Source: Candidatus Bathyarchaeota archaeon
Lineage (GTDB): Archaea; Thermoproteota; CALKCG01; B24; DRYS01
Direction: 5' to 3'
DNA length: 64,000 bases
Assembly: GCA_018396535.1 (NCBI GenBank)
Contig: JAGTQC010000003.1
Location: forward strand, 112,052 to 176,051
In this document: positions 1-9,335 of the stretch, piece after piece
Layout: each line of letters opens with the position of its first letter
Numbering within the stretch: position 1 is the stretch's first letter
Program-made: the position numbers and the translations under genes
The notes under the pieces: model-generated
What the model saw: the letters and a program-made list of their open reading frames with translations, nothing else
The model's database searches: none
What the model was told of the DNA's origin: nothing

Positions 1-1381
1 CGCATACTATCTCGTAGCTGATCCAGGTGTATTCCCGCATCCGCATACAGGTATATACATACCTATTAGGGCTGAGTATACGGTTACTACAGCAGGACCT
101 GATGGGAAGCTTGGTGTTCCAGCGGATGCCTTAAAATATGATCTATCATCTGAGAGGTTTATCCCTGTCGGTGAGGGTGTTAAAGCTACGAGTAAGGTTA
201 CCTTTAAGTTTACACTTGGTAAATGGCATCATGGCCAGCCTATAACTAAAGCTGATATACTTTACGGTATAGCAGAGACTTTCAAGGTTACGTTGGAAGA
301 ATCTCCTCTCTACGATCCGGTTGCAGCATCTCCAGGTAGAGTGTTATTTACGAGTTTACTTAGAGGTGTTAAGTTTATAGCTGATGATACGGTTGAAGTC
401 TATGTAGATTACTGGCATGTTGATAGTAGCTATATAGCTAGTATGGCTAGTGTATGGGTTGATACACCGTGGGAGCTGCTAGTATTGATGAATGAAGCTG
501 TCCTCGAGAGGAAGCTTGCATGGTCAGTCGATATGGCTGATGAATGGGGTGTGGATCAGCTGGACTTAACTAAGGGTCCTTCGATAGAGATCCTTAAAGA
601 CATACTGTATAGGCTTGTCGAGGAGAATCGTATACCATCCGAGCTTGAAGGGCTAGTATCTTTGGATGAAGCTAGAGTTAGATGGAATGCTCTTAGAAGC
701 TTCTACGAGGCTAGAAAACACTTCTGGGTTAGTAACGGTCCATACATATTCGGCTCGGCTGATACTGTAGCTCTACAGATGACTTTCGAAGCTTTTAGAG
801 ACTACCCGTTCAGAGCTGATAGATGGGATGGTATGATAACTATGAAGGTTCCAGGTGTACGTGTAGTTAAAGCTCCAGAGGATGTTATCCCAGGGTTGGA
901 GGCTACTTTCAACTTAGCAGTCGAAGTAGAGGGTAAACCATACGATAGAGCGGTAGTGAAATATCTGCTATTAGATAGCTTAGGTAACCTAGTCGCTTCA
1001 GGAATAGCTAAACCTAAAGGTGGAGGAGCCTTCGATATAACCCTTACAGGTATAGAGACTGGTAGACTTGCTTTAGGAACGTATACACTGAAACTTATAG
1101 CTGTAGGAGAGGAGGCGGCTCTCCCATCGACATCATCCTATACGTTCACCGTTACATCTCCGATCGCATACTTCGAACGTCTAGTTAAAGCTACTAGAGC
1201 CGATCTAGAAGCTAGAATTTCGACTATGGAAAGCCGTGTAAACACTATATCTAGCGATATAGACCGTCTATCCACTACTTTAACAGGTATTCAGAGTACG
1301 GTTAACACCGTATTAGCGTTATCGGTGGTAGCTATAGTCGTAGCTGTAGTAGCTATAGTATTATCGCTACGTAGAAGGTAA
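1..1381 (+). CDS. ABC transporter substrate-binding protein (Dpp/Opp family 5, archaeal type), 5'-truncated by window edge; C-terminal Ig-like domain, coiled coil and membrane anchor
   Basis: Frame is open from base 2 (AYYLVADPGVFPHPHTG...KWHHGQPITKADILY) into the 293..1381 ORF; SNGPY motif; hydrophobic C-terminal helix followed by RRR; lies upstream of permeases and ATPases. Confidence 0.85.
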   Translation, partial: AYYLVADPGVFPHPHTGIYIPIRAEYTVTTAGPDGKLGVPADALKYDLSSERFIPVGEGVKATSKVTFKFTLGKWHHGQPITKADILYGIAETFKVTLEESPLYDPVAASPGRVLFTSLLRGVKFIADDTVEVYVDYWHVDSSYIASMASVWVDTPWELLVLMNEAVLERKLAWSVDMADEWGVDQLDLTKGPSIEILKDILYRLVEENRIPSELEGLVSLDEARVRWNALRSFYEARKHFWVSNGPYIFGSADTVALQMTFEAFRDYPFRADRWDGMITMKVPGVRVVKAPEDVIPGLEATFNLAVEVEGKPYDRAVVKYLLLDSLGNLVASGIAKPKGGGAFDITLTGIETGRLALGTYTLKLIAVGEEAALPSTSSYTFTVTSPIAYFERLVKATRADLEARISTMESRVNTISSDIDRLSTTLTGIQSTVNTVLALSVVAIVVAVVAIVLSLRRR

Positions 1382-1454
1382 ATCCACCCTGATCATCCTC
1401 TACTACATTTTTTCTCCTCGACATATTTGTTGCCTACTCGATAGCTAGTGTGGA

Positions 1455-1466
1455 GAAAAGTTTATA
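1455..1466 (+). promoter_or_regulatory. BRE-TATA-like promoter for the permease/ATPase genes
   Basis: GAAAAG-TTTATA about 35 nt before the ATG at 1502; preceded by a T-tract (about 1407-1417) after the binding-protein stop. Confidence 0.5.
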
Positions 1467-1501
1467 GGTTAATGTATTAGCTTATGCTATGGTAAATCGG
1501 T

Positions 1502-2572
1502 ATGCGGCTGCCGCTAGCGATGTTAAAGTATCTAGCTAAGCGTATGATACTGTTATTTGCTACGCTCGTAGTAGCTATATATCTAACCATAATCATAGCT
1601 AACGCTGGCGGTCTTATAGATGATATATTGAAGGCTCAGCTTAGATACGAGATAGCGAGTAATCTAGCTAGATCTCCAGGCTGGTCTCAGCTCACTGAGG
1701 AGGAACAGAGGAGGATTATAGATGAGAGATTTCAATCTGCTATAGAAGCTAAGGGGTTGGATAGACCGTTCCTAGAGCGTACGTTTAAATATCTCATAGA
1801 TGCCTTAACGTTAAGTCTCGGTAGAGCTCTCTTCATAACGAGTGCTAGCGGATCTAAAGCGGTAGGCGATATAATACTGGAGAGGTTGCCGCAAACAGTG
1901 CTATTATTCACTACAGGTACCATACTTTACTCCATTATAGGTCTCCTCCTAGGATTGTATATGGCTAAACGTCCAGGCGGGTTTTTCGATAGGATATTCT
2001 CAGTCTTTGCTGTGGTAACTCAAGTTATACCTCCATGGTTCTTCGGTATCCTCTTCATAATGGTGTTCGCATACTATCTCGGATTAGTACCGTTCGGGGG
2101 CATGGTGAGTGTACCTCCACCTAGGGATCCTCTGAACTATGTACTAGATGTAGCTTACCATATGGCTCTACCGTTATTCACATGGATATTCTCGCTATTC
2201 GGTGCTTGGGCGTATATAGCTAGGAACCTTATAGTTCAGATAGCTGAGGAGGATTTCGTAAACACGGCTAAAGCTAAAGGTCTACCTGAGAATATTGTTA
2301 TGCGTAGACATGTATTGAGACCTAGCCTCCCGCCTATCGTAACGGTTATCTCGTTATCGCTTATAGCTTCATGGCAAGGAGCTATAATAACCGAGACTGT
2401 GTTCAACTGGCCTGGTTTAGGTACGTTATTCTATCAAGCGATAAACTCGTTGGATGCACCTGTAGTTATAGGGTTAACAGTTATATACGCTTACCTACTC
2501 GTAGCTACTGTACTCGTACTAGATCTAGTCTATAGTATACTAGATCCGAGGATAAGAGCTGGGAGGATTTAG
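1502..2572 (+). CDS. dppB: Dpp/Opp ABC transporter permease B
   Basis: EDFVNTAKAKGL EAA loop, ETVFNWPGLG, LDPRIR; multiple TM helices. Confidence 0.9.
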   Translation: MRLPLAMLKYLAKRMILLFATLVVAIYLTIIIANAGGLIDDILKAQLRYEIASNLARSPGWSQLTEEEQRRIIDERFQSAIEAKGLDRPFLERTFKYLIDALTLSLGRALFITSASGSKAVGDIILERLPQTVLLFTTGTILYSIIGLLLGLYMAKRPGGFFDRIFSVFAVVTQVIPPWFFGILFIMVFAYYLGLVPFGGMVSVPPPRDPLNYVLDVAYHMALPLFTWIFSLFGAWAYIARNLIVQIAEEDFVNTAKAKGLPENIVMRRHVLRPSLPPIVTVISLSLIASWQGAIITETVFNWPGLGTLFYQAINSLDAPVVIGLTVIYAYLLVATVLVLDLVYSILDPRIRAGRI

Positions 2573-2575
2573 ACT

Positions 2576-3958
2576 ATGAGTGCATCTAGGGGGTTACAAG
2601 ATGTAGCGGATGCCGTACTAAGATCTAAAACCGGTTTGGTAGGATTATCCATCCTGGTAGCTATGGTGATCTTATCTATCCTAGCTCTAGCATATGTACC
2701 TTTCGACGTAGCTAGGGAGTGGAATAACCCATCATTCTGGCAGCGTAATCCTAGACTTGCCCTACCGAGTTGGATAAATATATTCCTAGGTGGGAGACTC
2801 CCGGAGACTATAACACTCTCTAACGATAGCTTCCGTAAATACTCGTATTATCTTGAAACAGTAGGATTGAAGTATTGTATACTCGAAGCGGATTTATCGT
2901 ATTCGTATGGAGATTTCCCATCCGAACTGCGTCTCCTACTCTATATAAAAGGTGAGGAAGCTTTAACAACGGTGAGATGGATTCAACCTAACGGTGTGGA
3001 TCTAACGGTATGGAAGGGTTCGTTTAAACGTGGTTCTAATACCATCTACATATCACGTCAGATAGATGTGCGTGAATTTATCAGGGATTCTTTGAAAAAG
3101 CTTAATCTTACAATACCATCAACAGTGAATCCTGAGGTAATCCTATTCGTAGATAATACTATGGTTCATAGCGAACTTACACCGGTTAACGGTAGGTATA
3201 GGATTAAGATAGAAGCTGTATCTTCAGATCCGTATACGGATGTAGAAGCTGAATTTATAGTCTATGGTAGGGTCTATGGTTTAGCAGGTACTGATGATAA
3301 GAGGCGTGATCTATTCGTAGGTCTAGTTTGGGGTGCACCTATAGCTTTAGCCTTCGGTTTAATCGCTGCTATAGCTACGAGCCTTCTACAGACGCTTATA
3401 GGTTCGTTGAGTGCGTGGTATGGAGGCTTTATCGATGAAGCTATCCAGAGGGTTACGGATGTATATATGATAATCCCCTTCCTACCTATACTTATCACTA
3501 TATCGGTTATATATAGGATAGATATATGGACTCTTCTACTGGTAGTCGTAGGTTTAAGCTTATTTGGAGGAGCTACTAAGACTGCTAGGAGTATGACATT
3601 CCAGATTATGGCTGAGCAGTATATAGAAGCAGCTATATCCTATGGTGCTAGTCGTAGACGTATCCTTCTCCTATACATACTACCTAGGTTGATGCCTTAT
3701 ACTATGGCTAACATAGTATTATCTGTACCAGGCTATGTATTCCTCGAAGCAGCTCTAAGCGTATTGGGTCTGGGAGATCCTATGATGCCTACATGGGGTA
3801 AGATTATAAGCGATGCCTACTCTGGGGGAGCGGTTGTGCATGGGTTATGGTGGTGGATACTGCTACCATCAGCTCTTATAATACTTACAGCTATCTCGTT
3901 CGCATTCTTAGGGCTAGCTCTAGATAAGGTTGTTAATCCTAGGTTGAGGGAGAGGTAG
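2576..3958 (+). CDS. dppC: Dpp/Opp ABC transporter permease C with large extracellular loop
   Basis: GTDDKRRD, YIEAAISYGAS, PTWGKI, NPRLR motifs. Confidence 0.9.
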   Translation: MSASRGLQDVADAVLRSKTGLVGLSILVAMVILSILALAYVPFDVAREWNNPSFWQRNPRLALPSWINIFLGGRLPETITLSNDSFRKYSYYLETVGLKYCILEADLSYSYGDFPSELRLLLYIKGEEALTTVRWIQPNGVDLTVWKGSFKRGSNTIYISRQIDVREFIRDSLKKLNLTIPSTVNPEVILFVDNTMVHSELTPVNGRYRIKIEAVSSDPYTDVEAEFIVYGRVYGLAGTDDKRRDLFVGLVWGAPIALAFGLIAAIATSLLQTLIGSLSAWYGGFIDEAIQRVTDVYMIIPFLPILITISVIYRIDIWTLLLVVVGLSLFGGATKTARSMTFQIMAEQYIEAAISYGASRRRILLLYILPRLMPYTMANIVLSVPGYVFLEAALSVLGLGDPMMPTWGKIISDAYSGGAVVHGLWWWILLPSALIILTAISFAFLGLALDKVVNPRLRER

Positions 3959-3964
3959 AACTGT

Positions 3965-4924
3965 ATGGATAGCCTCTTAAAGGTTAGGGGTTTGAAGCTA
4001 TACTATAGGACTAGGAGAGGTATCGTTAGAGCTGTTGATGGTGTTAGCTTCGATCTACGTAGGGGTGAAACTCTAGCTATAGTAGGGGAATCCGGATGTG
4101 GTAAATCCTCTATGGCTATAGCTATAATACGGATACTCCCTAGAAATATCGATACGTATGATGGTGAGATAATACTGGATGGGGTTGATATTATGAAGAT
4201 CGATGATGGTAGATTTAGAGAGGAGGTAGCTTGGAGGAGGATCTCTATGGTATTCCAGGGTGCTATGAATGCTTTAAACCCTGTTATGAAGGTTGGATTC
4301 CAGGTTGCGGAGCCTCTGATACTTCATGGTAAAATGGATAAGGGTGAAGCCTTAGGTAAAGCTAGGACATTACTAGGGTTGGTAGGTCTACCTCCGTTTA
4401 TAGCTGATAGGTATCCTCATGAACTTAGTGGAGGTATGAAGCAGAGGGTTGTTATAGCTATGGCTCTAGCTTTGAATCCAGAAATAGTTATACTAGATGA
4501 GCCTACATCTGCGTTAGATGTTATAACTCAAGCTAACATAATGAACCTGCTTAAGAAGCTTAAGAAGGAGAGGGGTCTCTCATACATATTTATAACGCAT
4601 GATCTAGCTCTCGCAAGCGAGCTTGCAGATACAGTCGCGGTTATGTATGGGGGTAAGATAATGGAATATGGGGCTGCAGAACAGTTATACCTAGATCCGA
4701 AGCATCCATACTCTCAGAAGCTACTAGCTAGTATACCTACTTTGAGAACTGATAAGAAGCTTGAATTCATACCTGGTGCTCCTCCAGATCTAGTATCTCC
4801 TCCACCAGGATGCCGTTTCCATCCTAGATGCCCCTACGCTATGCCTGTATGTAGGGAGAGGGAGCCTATACTCGGAGAGGTTGAGAAGGATAGATACGTA
4901 GCATGCTGGCTATACGGTGGGTGA
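3965..4924 (+). CDS. dppD: Dpp/Opp ABC transporter ATPase D
   Basis: [22 protein letters not shown]-terminal GCRFHPRC...C...VACW Fe-S motif. Confidence 0.92.
   Translation: MDSLLKVRGLKLYYRTRRGIVRAVDGVSFDLRRGETLAIVGESGCGKSSMAIAIIRILPRNIDTYDGEIILDGVDIMKIDDGRFREEVAWRRISMVFQGAMNALNPVMKVGFQVAEPLILHGKMDKGEALGKARTLLGLVGLPPFIADRYPHELSGGMKQRVVIAMALALNPEIVILDEPTSALDVITQANIMNLLKKLKKERGLSYIFITHDLALASELADTVAVMYGGKIMEYGAAEQLYLDPKHPYSQKLLASIPTLRTDKKLEFIPGAPPDLVSPPPGCRFHPRCPYAMPVCREREPILGEVEKDRYVACWLYGG
4025..4104 (+). repeat. 80-bp perfect direct repeat (second copy 5007..5086)
   Basis: gttagagctgttgatgg...ggatgtggtaa is identical in dppD and dppF. Confidence 0.95.
4805..4916 (+). repeat. 112-bp perfect direct repeat (second copy 5778..5889)
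   Basis: ccaggatgccgtttcc...tggctatacg is identical at the 3' ends of dppD and dppF. Confidence 0.95.
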
Positions 4925-5897
4925 TTTGAGCATAGCTAATCTACTCGAAGTTCGAAATCTAAGAGTCTGGTTTCCTATAAGAAGGTTGTTTAAAGAACCT
5001 TTATTTGTTAGAGCTGTTGATGGTGTTAGCTTCGATCTACGTAGGGGTGAAACTCTAGCTATAGTAGGGGAATCCGGATGTGGTAAGACGACTCTAGGTA
5101 AGGCATGTCTTAGGCTAGTCGAACCGACATCCGGTTCGATATTATACGATGGGAGGGATATTACTAGTATACCGGATAAGGAATTGAAGTGGTATCGTAG
5201 AGAAGCTCAGATAATATACCAGGATCCATTCAGTAGTCTAAACCCATTCTTCACAGTATACAAGATTCTGGAGGAGCCTCTAATAGTAAACGAGGTTGGA
5301 GATGATAGATCTGAGCTTGTATATAAAGCTCTAGAAGATGTTAAGCTCACACCGATCGAGGAGTTTGTAGGTAAGTATCCGCATATGCTGAGCGGTGGGC
5401 AGAGGCAGAGGGTTGCTATAGCTAGAGCTTTAATCTTGAAACCGCGTTTCGTAGTAGCTGATGAACCAGTATCTATGCTCGATGTATCGGTTAGGGTAGA
5501 GATACTCTACCTTCTCAAAGAATTGCAGGAGAGGTATGGTATAGCCTTCCTGTATATAACCCATGATATAGCTACGGTGAAATACTTCTCAGATCGTATA
5601 GGAGTTATGTATGCAGGTAACTTTGTCGAATCAGGTTTGATTAAAACCGTGGTATCGGATCCGCTACACCCGTATACGAAGGCGTTGATAGAAGCTATAC
5701 CGGATCCGGATCCGAAGAATAGGTTTGTGGAGAGAAAGGTTGTAGCAGGTGAACCGCCTAACCCTATAGATATACCTCCAGGATGCCGTTTCCATCCTAG
5801 ATGCCCCTACGCTATGCCTGTATGTAGGGAGAGGGAGCCTATACTCGGAGAGGTTGAGAAGGATAGATACGTAGCATGCTGGCTATACGATCGGTAG
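4917..5897 (+). CDS. dppF: Dpp/Opp ABC transporter ATPase F
   Basis: [23 protein letters not shown]-terminal Cys motif. Confidence 0.92.
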   Translation: MGDLSIANLLEVRNLRVWFPIRRLFKEPLFVRAVDGVSFDLRRGETLAIVGESGCGKTTLGKACLRLVEPTSGSILYDGRDITSIPDKELKWYRREAQIIYQDPFSSLNPFFTVYKILEEPLIVNEVGDDRSELVYKALEDVKLTPIEEFVGKYPHMLSGGQRQRVAIARALILKPRFVVADEPVSMLDVSVRVEILYLLKELQERYGIAFLYITHDIATVKYFSDRIGVMYAGNFVESGLIKTVVSDPLHPYTKALIEAIPDPDPKNRFVERKVVAGEPPNPIDIPPGCRFHPRCPYAMPVCREREPILGEVEKDRYVACWLYDR

Positions 5898-5942
5898 GAT
5901 AACTAAGAAATGGTATGGTTGGAGATTGTTTAAGCTATCCTT

Positions 5943-7064
5943 CTAACCTGTAAGTATTATCTTCTTAACGACGTCTATAATCCTAGCTTGATCGCCAGTC
6001 TCCCTAGCCTCCTCCAGCTCATCTCTCCTAGCGTATATTAGTAGAGCTTTCTTCATCAAGTTTCCGAATATCTCTTTACTAAGCTTCATAGCCTTCACCG
6101 GATCCATCCTATACGTGAATTGATCCTCTCCAAACCATCCATCGTAGCCTATATCTATAGCTGCGTATAGGTAGTCTACGAAACGCCATATATCTCCTGT
6201 ACCGAATACCCTATCTTCATCGTTACTATGTAGTTTAGCAGTATTTATATGGAATCCCACTATGGGTACACCCATACCATGTAATGCGTATACTGTGAAT
6301 GCTGGTTCGACTGCATACATCTGTTCATGCCCATAATCTATGGTTACACCCATAACCTTAGACCCCACCTCCTCGTTCACCTTATAGGCTATCCATCCAG
6401 CTAGGTGTGTTGTAGGAACTATCATATTCCCCTCTTTAGGCTCCTTAAGCTTAGCTTCGACACCGAATTTTAGATCAAGCTCTCTACACCTCTTCGAAGC
6501 TTGTCTACAAGCATCGAGGAACCATTCGAATTTACGTAGATAGTTTGATTCGAAGTTGTAATCCCACCCATCCTGACCTGGCCATAGGCTTAGGCTAGGG
6601 CTTCCAACTTCTCTAGCTAGATCTGCAGCTTGTAGTAGTATTTCGAATGCCCTCTCCCTAACCTCTCTTATAGGGTTTGTTACAGATCCAAGCTTCCATC
6701 TGGGATCTGTGAACATATTTATATTCATATTCGATACCTTGAGGCTAAGCTTTTCGAGGATCGATTTAACCTTCACAACCCTATCCTCATCTATCCTTAG
6801 ATTCTCATCTAGGAATAGTACATCGTGGAACTCAACCCCTTCTATACCTGCTTCAGCTATCCTCTTAAGCTGTGCTTCTATACTCGAATCCAACTCTGGG
6901 AAGTATCCTCTAGTAGCGAATCTATCTAGAAAATCTCCTGCAGACCAGTGTCCAGCTGCGAATTTTATATCGAAATCCTTGAAGAATCTATCCAGTACAT
7001 CGCCTTCAAGATAACCCTTATACTCTGTTTCAAGCTTCGCAAGATTATTCTTAGATACCTTCAA
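5943..7064 (-). CDS. Xylose/rhamnose isomerase-like TIM-barrel sugar isomerase
   Basis: GVEFHD, LWPGQDG, EAKLKEP, GHEQM and DED metal/catalytic motifs; start moved to TTG at 7064, which follows a GGGGTGAT SD (ORF track begins 7106). Confidence 0.75.
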   Translation of the reverse strand: MKVSKNNLAKLETEYKGYLEGDVLDRFFKDFDIKFAAGHWSAGDFLDRFATRGYFPELDSSIEAQLKRIAEAGIEGVEFHDVLFLDENLRIDEDRVVKVKSILEKLSLKVSNMNINMFTDPRWKLGSVTNPIREVRERAFEILLQAADLAREVGSPSLSLWPGQDGWDYNFESNYLRKFEWFLDACRQASKRCRELDLKFGVEAKLKEPKEGNMIVPTTHLAGWIAYKVNEEVGSKVMGVTIDYGHEQMYAVEPAFTVYALHGMGVPIVGFHINTAKLHSNDEDRVFGTGDIWRFVDYLYAAIDIGYDGWFGEDQFTYRMDPVKAMKLSKEIFGNLMKKALLIYARRDELEEARETGDQARIIDVVKKIILTG

Positions 7065-7114
7065 GCCGCTATCACCCCGAATAGAAATTGTCGAATCTTT
7101 AACCAATATTAAAC

Positions 7115-8920
7115 TTACTCCTCCTCGATAGTAGCGGCTGTATAGTAGTATTCACCCATCTCCTTCTGTATCCTATCCAGTCTCGAACCCTCCTTATTAG
7201 CTCTAGGCCTATACGTTTGTCTATCCCTTCTAAACGTTACTCCAAGCTCCTTGAGGAACATATTCATACCACTCCTCATATCCATAGGCTGATGCCCGTA
7301 ACCATCGACTCCAGGTATACCTGAGAATACCATAAGCCTATCAGCTATGAAATCTTGGACTAGTATATCATGCTCGACGACGAAGGCAACCCTACCGAGA
7401 TTTTCTACGATCCTACGAACAGCTCTAGCCATAGCTAACCTCTCCTCTACATCTAGATATGCGCTAGGCTCATCGAGTAGGTATATATCAGCATCCATGG
7501 ATAAACATATAGCTATAGCTAGCTTCTGAAGCTCACCGCCGCTTAGATCTGATACCCTCCTATCTAAGATCTTATCCAATCTGAAGGGTCTATATATCTC
7601 CTCTCTGAAGAAGCTGGACTCCATCCTATCGCCTAGAGTCTTCCTCAATAATACTTCTACAACCCCATCGTAATCCCCGGATATATACTGAGGCTTATAA
7701 CTAACCTTAACTCCACCTGGTAGGGCATCCCCCTCGTCAGGCTTCTCCAACCCGGCTAGAAGCTTAACGAACGTAGTCTTACCGATACCATTCGGTCCTA
7801 GTATACCTATAACCTCGCCTCTACGTATGAATCCAGGTTCAACTCTCAGAGTGAATCCTCCAAGCTTCTTAACCATGAAGCCCCAGCTATACTCTATATC
7901 GATAGACTCAGCTACCTGGGTAGGTGGTTTAACCTGGAATCTTATAGGTTGACTCCTAAACCTTACATTATCGCTTGGAATATATCCTTCGAGAAACATG
8001 TTTATCCCATCTCTAACAGCTCTAGGATAGGATACTATACCGTATACACCTGGATCACCATATAGAACCGATATCATATCAGACATGTAATCCAATACTA
8101 TCAGATCATGCTCAGCTACGACTACCATAACATCCTGTTTAGCTAGCCATCTGATAACCCTAGCTACCTTAATCCTCTGACGTACATCTAGATAGCTTGA
8201 AGGCTCGTCGAATATGTATACATCAGCATCTCTACATACAACCGCTGCTATAGCAACCCTCTGTAGCTCTCCACCGCTAAGTACATCCACCCTTCTATCG
8301 ATAACTTCTCTAAGCTCTAGGATCGATACGATATAATCCATAACGCCCCGCTCATCTAGCTTAGATAGGAGTCTACTAGCTTCGCCCTTAAACACTCTAG
8401 GTATAGCATCTATATACTGAGGCTTATACGCTACTCTAAGATTACCCGAGGCGAGTTTAGCGAAGTAGTCTTTAAGAGATGTACCTCCGAAGTACTCTAT
8501 TATACTATCCCAGTCTGGCGGATCACCCTCCACTACTCCTAGGTTAGGTTTAAGCTTACCTGCAAGTATACGGAGGGATGTAGATTTACCTACACCATTC
8601 TTACCTACTAGACCTAGTACGGTAGATCTAGCTGGTATAGGTAGTCTGAATAGTTTAAACCCGTTAACACCATATCTATGGATACATTCACCTTCAAGCT
8701 CTCCTGGAAGATTAACTATCGATATAGCTTTAAACGGGCATTTATTAACACAGATACCGCATCCTATGCATAGCTCCTCAGATATTATAGGCTTACCCTT
8801 ATCATCCACCTTGATAACTTCGATCTTATTCCTAACGAGTGGGCATAGACGTCTGCATAGTAGTCCACAATCTTCTACACGGCAGCTATCTCTATCTATT
8901 ACAGCAATCCTGTTAGTCAT
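7115..8920 (-). CDS. rli1: Ribosome recycling ATPase ABCE1 (RNase L inhibitor/Rli1)
   Basis: N-terminal 2x[4Fe-4S] (C..CGLLC..LCP, CIGCGICVNKCP), two ABC domains with LSGGELQ; ATG at 8920 after AGGTG. Confidence 0.97.
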   Translation of the reverse strand: MTNRIAVIDRDSCRVEDCGLLCRRLCPLVRNKIEVIKVDDKGKPIISEELCIGCGICVNKCPFKAISIVNLPGELEGECIHRYGVNGFKLFRLPIPARSTVLGLVGKNGVGKSTSLRILAGKLKPNLGVVEGDPPDWDSIIEYFGGTSLKDYFAKLASGNLRVAYKPQYIDAIPRVFKGEASRLLSKLDERGVMDYIVSILELREVIDRRVDVLSGGELQRVAIAAVVCRDADVYIFDEPSSYLDVRQRIKVARVIRWLAKQDVMVVVAEHDLIVLDYMSDMISVLYGDPGVYGIVSYPRAVRDGINMFLEGYIPSDNVRFRSQPIRFQVKPPTQVAESIDIEYSWGFMVKKLGGFTLRVEPGFIRRGEVIGILGPNGIGKTTFVKLLAGLEKPDEGDALPGGVKVSYKPQYISGDYDGVVEVLLRKTLGDRMESSFFREEIYRPFRLDKILDRRVSDLSGGELQKLAIAICLSMDADIYLLDEPSAYLDVEERLAMARAVRRIVENLGRVAFVVEHDILVQDFIADRLMVFSGIPGVDGYGHQPMDMRSGMNMFLKELGVTFRRDRQTYRPRANKEGSRLDRIQKEMGEYYYTAATIEEE

Positions 8921-8959
8921 AGCCGACACCTAGAATGATTCCGCTATAGGTGAATGATA

Positions 8960-9010
8960 GTGGAAAGGGGAAAAAAGGTAACGGAAGGAGTGGAAGGTTG
9001 GGGGGCTAAG
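8960..9010 (-). terminator. Pyrimidine-rich/oligo-U terminator-like tract after the poly-Glu/Trp ORF
   Basis: Minus strand reads CCTTCCACTCCTTCCGTTACCTTTTTTCCCCTTTCC directly after the peptide stop. Confidence 0.5.
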
Positions 9011-9118
9011 CTACCACTCCTCCTCTTCCTCTTCCTCCCACTCTTCCTCCTCCCACTCCTCTTCCTCCCATTCCTCCTCCCATTCTTCCTCCTCTTCCTC
9101 CTCTTCGAATCTGAACAT
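9011..9118 (-). CDS. Unannotated 35-aa acidic micropeptide MFRFEEEEEEEEWEEEWEEEEWEEEEWEEEEEEEW
   Basis: ATG at 9118, TAG at 9011-9013; GGAGGTG SD 7 nt upstream; BRE-TATA at 9169-9182; mixed synonymous GAA/GAG codons all in one frame. Confidence 0.75.
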   Translation of the reverse strand: MFRFEEEEEEEEWEEEWEEEEWEEEEWEEEEEEEW

Positions 9119-9168
9119 GATCTAACACCTCCCCCTTAGCGGGGCTAAAGAAGCATCCCCACCGCTAG

Positions 9169-9182
9169 TTTAAAAACTTTTT
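9169..9182 (-). promoter_or_regulatory. BRE-TATA promoter of the micropeptide gene
   Basis: Minus strand AAAAAG-TTTTTAAA, about 50 nt upstream of ATG 9118. Confidence 0.65.
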
Positions 9183-9213
9183 GATCATGAACGATCGCCA
9201 TACATTCCCTCTC

Positions 9214-9327
9214 AATCTAAACTATACTAGTATGGGATTGGGGTGCTTAGCACACTCAAGATCCCGCTCATCAGGATCGCAAGGGCCAGAGCTGCCATCG
9301 CACCCCGAGACTAGTATATATTAGATT
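9214..9327. ncRNA. Candidate structured RNA or small inverted-repeat element (family unknown)
   Basis: Outer IR 16/18 (9214-9231 with 9310-9327), inner stem GGGGTGC/GCACCCC (9240-9246 with 9300-9306), hairpin GATCC-9nt-GGATC; GC-rich intergenic core. Confidence 0.4.
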
Positions 9328-9335
9328 CTTCTAGA

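Noticed and set aside
8954-9139. Plus-strand 61-aa Leu/Phe/Pro-rich ORF that looks like a membrane peptide
   Set aside because: It is the antisense shadow of the poly-Glu/Trp ORF; SD, TATA and U-tract all point to the minus strand.
9240-9306. Fluoride riboswitch or hammerhead ribozyme, suggested by GCGATGG and CTGATGA on the minus strand
   Set aside because: The required pseudoknot pairing and the GAAA core are absent.
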